This document shows positions 28,672 to 36,094 of a stretch of DNA of 64,000 bases, piece by piece. A program made the position numbers and the translations under genes. Source of the DNA: an uncultured Acidobacteriaceae bacterium (GTDB lineage Bacteria > Acidobacteriota > Terriglobia > Terriglobales > Acidobacteriaceae). Positions within the stretch are counted from its first letter, which is position 1. Each line of letters opens with the position of its first letter. The stretch spans positions 130,858 to 194,857 of the forward strand of contig CAWGDH010000019.1 in the NCBI GenBank assembly GCA_963821215.1, in the 5' to 3' direction. The notes under the pieces are model-generated. The model did not search any database and was not told the DNA's origin. It saw only the letters and a program-made list of their open reading frames with translations.

Positions 28672-28701
28672 TAGGAGGTCTGTGAGGAGCCAGACCTCCT
28701 A
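28672..28701 (-). terminator. Perfect 11-bp stem / 8-nt loop hairpin between the precursor and MNIO genes (candidate attenuator or mRNA-stabilising element)
   Basis: TAGGAGGTCTG-TGAGGAGC-CAGACCTCCTA. On the mRNA strand it is followed by a pyrimidine-rich CCCUUCUUCUU tract. Confidence 0.5.
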
Positions 28702-28714
28702 GGCGGGGTTGAGG

Positions 28715-29011
28715 TTAGCTCTTGGGGGGCTTGGAGCCGTCTGTCGCGCAAGCGCCTTGCCCCTTGCAGGAATTCTTCCCCCGATGCGCCTTGTCGCCGC
28801 CGCCCTGGCCTTTGCAATCGTTTTGCCCCTTGCAGGAGTGCTTGGGAAGCTCCTTCTCCGAGGCAACCATCACACCGGCGACTGCCGAGGAGCTTGCGGT
28901 TGCTTGCGATTGGCCGGAAATGGGTTGGGCGTTGAGGCGCGCGGTCGTGCCGCCGAGGAGGCCGGCGAAAGCGGCGGCCAGAGCGAGGTTGCTTACTGTA
29001 GTGGTTTTCAT
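28715..29011 (-). CDS. RiPP precursor candidate: 98-aa Sec-signal peptide with a four-Cys core (bufferin-like)
   Basis: Hand translation: MKTTTVSNLALAAAFAGLLGGTTARLNAQPISGQSQATASSSAVAGVMVASEKELPKHSCKGQNDCKGQGGGDKAHRGKNSCKGQGACATDGSKPPKS. An AAGGAA SD lies upstream. It sits immediately 5' of the DUF692/DUF2063 genes. Confidence 0.7.
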   Translation of the reverse strand: MKTTTVSNLALAAAFAGLLGGTTARLNAQPISGQSQATASSSAVAGVMVASEKELPKHSCKGQNDCKGQGGGDKAHRGKNSCKGQGACATDGSKPPKS

Positions 29012-29129
29012 GAAGAGTTCCTTTTTTCGGTTGGTCCAGGCGGTGTGCCTGGAAGTTGAGTTTGACCCGCTATAGCTGGCCGGAAACTGGTGTCGAGGTT
29101 CTCTTTCCCCGCCGCATGTTTGAGGCTTG

Positions 29130-29144
29130 AACCAACGGTTGGTT
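29130..29144. promoter_or_regulatory. 7-1-7 palindrome AACCAAC-G-GTTGGTT upstream of the precursor gene, next to a GTAACC (-35-like) motif on the minus strand
   Basis: Read directly from the sequence. It lies about 120 nt upstream of the precursor ATG. The 1-nt spacer rules out a hairpin, so an operator is more likely. Confidence 0.25.
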
Positions 29145-29162
29145 ACAGACCGCCCTGTAAAT

Positions 29163-29942
29163 TCAGAGAGGCATCGTGGCGGCGCCAACGATTGCTCCCT
29201 GCAGCGGCTCCTGCGCAAACAGGATTAGGTGATGCCCTGATCCACCGCCAAGTTGAAAGCCATCAGGCAGGGGAACATGAATGGACTCTTCTGCGTCGTC
29301 CTTAACTTTTGCCACGCGCGTCAGCGAACGAGCGACAGACACATGCTGAAGGAGCCTGCCGCTATTTTCTCCGCGTAGAACATTCGATCGGTCGGTGTCA
29401 TCCGTAAGAACCGCGACGATATCGAGAGGCTTCGACTGATGGCCCGTAAATGCAAACCTCACATCCACTCCAGAGTCGGAGGCAGTGGAGGAAATAATAC
29501 GCAGAGCGAGATGGTCTCGCCGAGCATCGTCACGGAGAGCGCGCTCAAGAGCCCCGCGGTTGCTGCCTACGAACTGATCACGTCCATTCACGACCATTTG
29601 TGGCGTGTAGGGCCCTTCGGGGGAAAGCCGTGAGGTGTACACACTCTGCCTGTCCGTAAACACTGGAGCGGAATACGGATCTTTCCAGCCGAGATTGTTC
29701 CAGTACGTTACGTGCTCGCTGATGCCCAAAATCAACTGGCCGGCGCTCGTTTGCTTCAAGTTGATCTCGCGCAGCAGAGCATCGGCCGGAGGGCAGCTTG
29801 AACATCCTTCTGATGTGAAGAGCTCCACGACCGCTACGGAAGCAGGCCTTTCTGGGCCTGCCCCGCCAGGCGCAGCGAAACACGTAACCGCGCTGATCCC
29901 GAGGAGTGTAAACGAAAGAGCAAGTAAGGAACGAAGCTGCAT
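29163..29942 (-). CDS. DUF1223-family secreted thioredoxin-fold protein
   Basis: ATG at 29942 with a GGAGG SD. Signal peptide MQLRSLLALSFTLLGISAVTCFA. Hallmark motif VELFTSEGCSSCPPAD. Confidence 0.75.
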   Translation of the reverse strand: MQLRSLLALSFTLLGISAVTCFAAPGGAGPERPASVAVVELFTSEGCSSCPPADALLREINLKQTSAGQLILGISEHVTYWNNLGWKDPYSAPVFTDRQSVYTSRLSPEGPYTPQMVVNGRDQFVGSNRGALERALRDDARRDHLALRIISSTASDSGVDVRFAFTGHQSKPLDIVAVLTDDTDRSNVLRGENSGRLLQHVSVARSLTRVAKVKDDAEESIHVPLPDGFQLGGGSGHHLILFAQEPLQGAIVGAATMPL

Positions 29943-30108
29943 GGATCTGCCTCCAACTGAACGTTTCTTATCTGACACAGCGACTCTCAGACGGTTACAG
30001 AGGTGATTTTCGAAGATGAGACTGTAACCGAACTGAGCCGTAGGTCTCTAACCATGAGACAAGAGGTCCTCGCGCTGAGGAGCGAGGCGCCATACCAAGG
30101 AAGAAATC

Positions 30109-30639
30109 ATGAGTCAGCTTCTACATGCCTATCGCCGAATCATTTCAGTATTCTCCTCACTGCAGTCTGCCATGCTGCTGGCCGTCAGGCTCTATTGGGG
30201 ATTTCAGTTTGCCCAGACAGGCTGGGGCAAGCTTCACAACCTACCCAGGATCACGGCATTTTTCGCGAGCCTCAATATTCCCTTTCCAGGCTTCAACGCT
30301 CCTTTCATCGCTATGCTGGAGTTCACGGGCGGCATCCTCCTTATGCTCGGATTGTTCTCGCGTCCGATCGCATTTCTTCTCGCCTGCAATATGTTCGCGG
30401 CCTACTGGACAGCCGATCACGAGGCACTCGTCTCGATCTTTTCCGATCCAGGTAAGTTCTACGCTGCCGACCCGTACACGTTCCTGTTTGCCTCGCTCAT
30501 GGTTCTGATCCTTGGTGCGGGTCTATATTCGGTTGATACTCTCGTCGCCAGATATCTAACGCGTCGAAGTAACGCGTGCCTAGGGTGCTGCGTGCCCCAG
30601 ACCGACAAAAGGGTAGGTGCGGAGTTCCTGGCTCGATGA
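30109..30639 (+). CDS. DoxX-family membrane protein
   Basis: LLAVRLYWGFQFAQTGWGKL ... EFTGGILLMLGLFSRP is the typical DoxX helix pattern. Four TM segments. Confidence 0.8.
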   Translation: MSQLLHAYRRIISVFSSLQSAMLLAVRLYWGFQFAQTGWGKLHNLPRITAFFASLNIPFPGFNAPFIAMLEFTGGILLMLGLFSRPIAFLLACNMFAAYWTADHEALVSIFSDPGKFYAADPYTFLFASLMVLILGAGLYSVDTLVARYLTRRSNACLGCCVPQTDKRVGAEFLAR

Positions 30640-30695
30640 GCGAGTCAGTTTTCATCATTTCCGAACTTCCAAAGCGGACGAGAAGGAGAGTAGAG

Positions 30696-31427
30696 ATGGG
30701 CAAGTTAGATGGTAAAGTGGCGGTGATTACCGGAGCAACCTCCGGAATGGCGCTGGCGTCGGCCAAACTGTTTGTCGAAGAGGGTGCACACGTCTTCATC
30801 ACGGGCCGGAGGCAAGACAATCTGGACAAAGCGGTCAAAGCGATCGGACGCGATGTGACCGGAGTGCAGGGCGATTCGGCGAAGTTGGCTGATCTCGATC
30901 GACTCTACGAGACGGTCAGGCGGGAGAAGGGCTATATCGATGTTGTGTTTGCCAGCGCCGGTCATGGCGGCCGCGCGCCGCTGGGGGAGATCACAGAAGA
31001 GCAGTTTGACAGCATCTTTTCCCTGAATACCCGCGGAACAGTCTTCACGGTGCAGAAGGCGCTTCCCATGATGCGGAATGGCGGATCGATCATCATGAAC
31101 GGATCGATAGCTCACCTCAAGGGCATGCCGGGGCTTGGCGTTTATGCGGGAAGCAAGGCGGCTCTGCGGTCATTCGCGCGATCGTGGGCGGTGGAACTCG
31201 CAGAGAGCAGGATTCGCGTGAACGTGCTCAGCCCGGGACCGATCGCTACCAACGCTCTCGCGAACGCCCCTGCAGAAGCGAAGGAGTACTTTCTGTCAGC
31301 CATTCCTCGCAAGGAGTTCGGACGCTCGGAGGAGATCGCAACGACGGCTCTGTTTCTCGCTTCCGACGACTCCAGCTTCGTGAACGGCAGCGAGATCTGT
31401 GTTGATGGCGGATTAGCACAGATCTGA
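30696..31427 (+). CDS. Short-chain dehydrogenase/reductase (SDR)
   Basis: ATG at 30696 after a GAAGGAG SD. LDGKVAVITGATSGMALASAKLF, and the Y-x3-K motif (YAGSKAA). Confidence 0.85.
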   Translation: MGKLDGKVAVITGATSGMALASAKLFVEEGAHVFITGRRQDNLDKAVKAIGRDVTGVQGDSAKLADLDRLYETVRREKGYIDVVFASAGHGGRAPLGEITEEQFDSIFSLNTRGTVFTVQKALPMMRNGGSIIMNGSIAHLKGMPGLGVYAGSKAALRSFARSWAVELAESRIRVNVLSPGPIATNALANAPAEAKEYFLSAIPRKEFGRSEEIATTALFLASDDSSFVNGSEICVDGGLAQI

Positions 31428-31491
31428 TTATCGACAAAACGACAAACAGGTATAGCCGAAACGCCACGTTCTGACTGGCTATAACGAACTA

Positions 31492-31755
31492 ATGATCGGG
31501 TTGGGACTTGTAGTTGGCGTTCTGACCTGCACCGCGAGCGGGTTCGGCATCACGGTGACGGCGCTCCTGCTGGCGCTAGCCGGTTACTCTGGGCCGCATG
31601 TCGCCCTATGGCGGTTTTTGGGCGCCTCGCGCCAGTGGTTCGTTCTTATCACGTGTTTCGCTGCATTCATCATCGGCGAACCCGAACCGCGGTGGTCGCT
31701 CATGTCGCGCCTGCGCCGTTGGTTGCAACAATGCCTTGGGGGGACATTAGTGTAA
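31492..31755 (+). CDS. Small hypothetical membrane protein
   Basis: ORF with two hydrophobic segments. No other support. Confidence 0.25.
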   Translation: MIGLGLVVGVLTCTASGFGITVTALLLALAGYSGPHVALWRFLGASRQWFVLITCFAAFIIGEPEPRWSLMSRLRRWLQQCLGGTLV

Positions 31756-31867
31756 CCAAATTCACTTCCGGTTCTCTAACGATTCGAGGCGGGAGTGCCG
31801 TTCCCGGCTCAGCCTTCTGCCAAAGAGACACTCATATCTCGAGGACGGTGAGTACAGCCCGGTAACC

Positions 31868-32347
31868 ATGGAACGGCACTCCTCAACTCGAACCGAAGCC
31901 GAAATGATTGCCGCCATTTTGGCTGGGGATACGCAGCTTTACCACGAATTGATCCATCCCCACGAGCGCTGCGTGTATTTAATGGCCTTGTCTCTTATGA
32001 AGAACGAGGCGGATGCGGAGGATGTCGCACAGGAGGCATTCCTGAAGGCCTTTCGTAACCTATCCACATTTAGGGCGGAATCCAAGTTCGGCACCTGGCT
32101 CATCAGCATTACACTCAATGAGGCGAGAAGCCGACTTCGGCGACAGAGGATCGTTCGCATGGAATCGCTTGACGATCCTCCCGATGGCGGAGGAGTTGTG
32201 TCTCCGGCTTTGCTCCGGGACTGGCGCGAAATTCCTTCGGAAGTTGTGGAGCGGCAGGAGATTCGTCAGATGCTTCGTGCCAGTTGTAACCTTTTCTCTT
32301 TCCCTCAATCATATGAGGGCTTTCGCTCAATCAAGCCGATGCTCTGA
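31868..32347 (+). pseudogene. ECF (group IV) sigma-70 factor, truncated within region 4
   Basis: Region 2 is intact (EDVAQEAFLKAFRNLSTFR...FGTWLISITLNEARSRLRRQ). The ORF stops about 29 aa after the start of region 4 (EIRQMLRA...FPQSYEGF), so the 4.2 HTH is absent. Confidence 0.55.
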
Positions 32348-32437
32348 AGATTGAGACCAGGGCCAGCAATGGACCGAAGAGGGCCAGAGGAAGTATCTCT
32401 GGTCCACACCACATGAACCAATAAATTGGGAGAAGAC

Positions 32438-32737
32438 ATGGACCTTTTTGCAATATCAGCCACACTGGAAGCACGACCGGGTAAAGAAGGTGAAGTCGAA
32501 GAGTTCCTGAAATCCGCGCAACCATTGGTTATGGAAGAAGGAGGAACGACGACATGGTTTGCCTTTCGCATCGGACAGGCCACGTTCGGTATCTTCGATA
32601 CATTCGCGAATGAAGCCGGACTGCAAGCGCATCTGAACGGCGCGATTGCCAAGTCACTCTTCGCCAAAGCTGAAGAATTATTTGCTAAATCACCGCAGAT
32701 TCAGCAGGTAGAGATCTTTGCGGCCAAGCCGCTTTAG
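32438..32737 (+). CDS. ABM-domain (antibiotic biosynthesis monooxygenase-like) protein
   Basis: About 100 aa with a ferredoxin-like pattern (ATLEARPGKEGEVEEFL...WFAFR...FGIFDTF..EAGLQAHLNG). ATG at 32438 after a GGGAGA SD. Confidence 0.65.
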   Translation: MDLFAISATLEARPGKEGEVEEFLKSAQPLVMEEGGTTTWFAFRIGQATFGIFDTFANEAGLQAHLNGAIAKSLFAKAEELFAKSPQIQQVEIFAAKPL

Positions 32738-32950
32738 GTCGTTTGGATGATCACCACAGCGCATCAGATCGCGCCCCGTCTTCAAGATCATCGGAGTGAT
32801 GAAACAGAATTCATGCACGAGCCTGTAACCTTTCCTCCCGTGGCCTCTCGAATAGCTGCGCACAAAGCGGATTGTGCTCCAGCGCTGCCTTCGCCGGCAG
32901 CGTCTGGATCTTTTTTGAGCGCAAATCCTCACCCTTCCAAGGAGTAGCAA

Positions 32951-34081
32951 ATGTTGAAAGCAATTCGTGGCCTGTTGACCATCGCGCTCAGCGTTGGAGC
33001 AATTACCTCAACCATGTATGCCGCTGAGAACGTCGCCGGTTCCTCTTCAACCGTCTTCGTCATGACGAATGACACTGTCAAAAACGAGGTGCTCGCCTAT
33101 CAGCGTCAACGGGATAATAGTTTCGCTTTGAGGGGGAGCTTTGCAACTGGTGGCCGCGGGAGCGGAGGTACCACTGATCCATTGCAGTCGCAAGGTTCAC
33201 TCACTCTCAGCGGTAATCACAACCTGCTGTTCGCTGTCAACGCAGGCAGCGGCACCATCTCCAGCTTCCATCTCCTCGGCGGTCTGCCCATCCTCGTCGA
33301 TCAGGAGACCACTGGCGGCGCCTTCCCCGTCGCGGTCGCAGAACACAACGGCACAGTCTACGTCCTCAATGCGGGCGGAAATGGAGCCATCGTAGCCTTC
33401 CGCGCCGATGGGCTCGGTCACCTCTCCCAGATTTCCAACTCCACCGCGCTTCTCACTGCCACGAACTCTGGCGGCTCTTCCATCTCCGTTAGCCCGAACG
33501 GCCGGACACTCGTCGTCATCGAAAAGGCTCCCGAAAACATCGACATATTTCCCATCAACCCAGACGGAACCCTTGGGACAGTGGTCACCACTCACAGCGT
33601 AACCGCCGGTATCTTTGCTACCGTCTTCACACCGGGTGGCCAACTGATCGTCTCTGAAGACCAGCCTAACGGAACGGACGTTTCCAGCATCTCCTCCTAC
33701 ACCATCAACGCCAACGGCACCATTACCGCGATCAGCCAGAGCATTCCTTCTTTTGGTGACGGTAACTGCTGGAACGCCATCACTCCGAATGGCAAGTTCG
33801 TCTACGCTGACAACTCCGCCACTTCCACGATCGCTGGCTTTTCTGTCGGCTCCAACGGTGCCCTCACTCCGATCGGCGGAACGATTGTCGCTTCCTACCC
33901 CGCAGCCACTATTAATCTCGATATGGTCGTCAGCGGCGACGGCAATTACCTCTACACGCTCAACTCCGGCACAGGTTCTGTCGGCATCTACAGCATCAAT
34001 TCCGATGGCACCCTCAGCAACCCAGGTGACATCGAAGGCTTACCAAAGACCGTAGGCTTCAACGGTATCGCTGCACTGTGA
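32951..34081 (+). CDS. Secreted beta-propeller protein (lactonase / 3-carboxymuconate cyclase-like)
   Basis: Signal peptide, then repeated blades of about 45 aa (..G.G.ISSF.., ..NGAIVAFR.., ..IDIFPINPDGTL.., ..GSVGIYSINSDGTL..). Confidence 0.65.
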   Translation: MLKAIRGLLTIALSVGAITSTMYAAENVAGSSSTVFVMTNDTVKNEVLAYQRQRDNSFALRGSFATGGRGSGGTTDPLQSQGSLTLSGNHNLLFAVNAGSGTISSFHLLGGLPILVDQETTGGAFPVAVAEHNGTVYVLNAGGNGAIVAFRADGLGHLSQISNSTALLTATNSGGSSISVSPNGRTLVVIEKAPENIDIFPINPDGTLGTVVTTHSVTAGIFATVFTPGGQLIVSEDQPNGTDVSSISSYTINANGTITAISQSIPSFGDGNCWNAITPNGKFVYADNSATSTIAGFSVGSNGALTPIGGTIVASYPAATINLDMVVSGDGNYLYTLNSGTGSVGIYSINSDGTLSNPGDIEGLPKTVGFNGIAAL

Positions 34082-34107
34082 TTGCAATGGGCTTAGGCCC
34101 GTTGGCG

Positions 34108-34141
34108 GCCCACGCAGGTAAGTTCCCTTGCCTGCGTGGGC
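34108..34141 (+). terminator. GC-rich hairpin 27 nt after the lactonase-like stop (11-bp stem, 12-nt loop, no U-tract)
   Basis: GCCCACGCAGG-N12-CCTGCGTGGGC read directly from the sequence. Confidence 0.4.
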
Positions 34142-34426
34142 TGCGTCTCCTCAACGAGCGTCTCCCTCGATATTTCTATAGCGCTCAGGAAGAATCATGT
34201 ATCCGGACTGACACAATCGAGTCCCCGGAGTACAGGCGTTTTCGTTTACCTTCGGATGACTGCCCGAGCGTGCAACATCTGGCTAAGACAGGTTCCCGGA
34301 TTACTTGATAGCACGTCAAGCGGCACTTCAGCTCACCCCCCATAGGGTAGTCCAGAGTTTTTATCACTATCGTGCCACTGGAGGAAATGATGGTTGCGAT
34401 TGAGGTGGAATATCAAGGAGAGCTGC

Positions 34427-34625
34427 ATTTTTCGTTGAGGGCACTTGCGGACACAACAAAATTGTCATCCCGACCGGAGCGTACCCGGATTTCCTACTAA
34501 GTGGCACTCATCAACAACCACGTATGCGGCTTTCCGTAGAGAAAGCCGCATACACTCCGCCAACGCCACCAGTCGCAACAGGAAATCCGGGGGAGCGGAG
34601 TGGAGGGGCCTGCGTTTCTTTTCGG
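34427..34625. repeat. Nested-inverted-repeat element, copy 3 (right two-thirds only)
   Basis: It contains GAATTGTCATCCCGACCGGAGCGTACCCGGATTTCC...GCGGCTTTC..GAAAGCCGC...GGAGTGGAGGGGCC. It lacks the left outer arm. Confidence 0.8.
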
Positions 34626-34853
34626 TTTGACCGTCCCGCTGTTTGGCACATGGGTAGTTATTCTGGTTTGTCACCAAACTCTGGAGACCAAACTCTAATT
34701 CGTATTGCGAAGTGAGCTCCTGGTGGCGGCCATGTGCTCCTTTAACCACTGTAAGGAGGAAACAGGTGAGCAAACAATAGGCGATTGCTTCCCAATTTGC
34801 CTGGGCATTCGTTCCTTACTACAATGATGTAAGTAAGGATTCGGGGGATCGCC

Positions 34854-35072
34854 ATGAGCACGGAGGCAACACTCACGAGCAAAGGGCAGACGACAATTCC
34901 GAAGCCGATCCGCGACCGTCTTGGGATGAAGGCCGGAGACAGAATGACGTTCACGTTGATGCCGGACGGCGTTGTGGTCATGCGAGTGAAGAACAAGCAC
35001 GTGTCGGACCTGGCAGGACTTCTCCGTAAGAAGGGCAGGAAGGCCGTGCCCATTGGGCAACTGTCGCGCTGA
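34854..35072 (+). CDS. vapB: AbrB/MazE/SpoVT-family antitoxin
   Basis: LTSKGQTTIPKPIRDRLGMKAGDRMTF is a swapped-hairpin SpoVT/AbrB motif. The stop overlaps the vapC start (TGATG). Confidence 0.8.
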   Translation: MSTEATLTSKGQTTIPKPIRDRLGMKAGDRMTFTLMPDGVVVMRVKNKHVSDLAGLLRKKGRKAVPIGQLSR

Positions 35073-35467
35073 TGCTCGGCATTGACACCAACATCCTCGT
35101 TCGATACCTGGTCGGTGATGACCGGTCCCAGTATGAACGAGCCCGGCGATTGATCCATCGCGAAGAAAACATCGGCGAACCGGTCTTGGTGAGCTTGTTG
35201 GTGTTGTTGGAGATGGAGTGGGTATTGCGCAGCCGGTACGAATTGACAAAGCCCGACATCGTCGCGGCACTTTCTTCCTTACTGCAGACGGCTGAAGTCG
35301 TCTTTGAGGATGAGCCCTCTGTTGAGCACGCCATTTACATGTGGAAGGACTCGCATGCAGAATTTGCCGACTGTCTGATCAACGCGCGCAACCGACGATT
35401 AGGGTGCCGCGCCACCGCGACATTCGATCGCAGGGCGCTGAAGCTTCCCGGATTCATGGAAGCTTGA
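35072..35467 (+). CDS. vapC: PIN-domain ribonuclease toxin
   Basis: MLGIDTNILVRYL (first acidic residue), LLEMEWVL, FADCLI. About 130 aa. Confidence 0.85.
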   Translation: MLGIDTNILVRYLVGDDRSQYERARRLIHREENIGEPVLVSLLVLLEMEWVLRSRYELTKPDIVAALSSLLQTAEVVFEDEPSVEHAIYMWKDSHAEFADCLINARNRRLGCRATATFDRRALKLPGFMEA

Positions 35468-36094
35468 CGCACAGCGAGGCGCTATCGTCTGCCATCTCGC
35501 CTGTCCCGCCTTGCCGTGGAGCGTGCCGACTGGCGATGGCGGGTTAAAGAGAAATGAACGACGTTAGCTCGGTTTGGGGGTTGGCTGTCATTTCGTCTAC
35601 CGCCTTCCCGGCTTGCCACCAAGCCTTGCCCCCTGGACGGGTGCCCCATGTTCGAGAAGTCAGACTGGATTGGCCTTATGAAATGCGCCGGCAATACCAA
35701 CGCTTCATGAGAGTCAATCCAGTCTCTCCCGTTTTTTGAGATGAGAAAGATCGATTGATCCGCCCCTTGGGGCGTGCCCGGGCGACGGCCCTAGTTGCGG
35801 TTTGGTTTCAGGAATGCGATGTTCCCGTCTTGGTTTCCCCTTGAGGTGCCGGCTAAGTCCTTTGTTTTACGAAGATGGTCAAATTTTAATTTTTCCCGCC
35901 CCCATAAGCTGTTTAGGAGACCGATATTTGCCGCACGATGTGCCGCGACTCATTCGAGGAGCAGAATCTCAAATCATCGGAGTCCTGGTTAGGACGGTAT
36001 TACAGCTCGGTTTTACCGTCCAGAGTTCTGGGAAAAAAAGATGTGGAAGAAGGGTAGGGGAACTACGGGAATGAAGAGTTTTGGGGACAACGAC

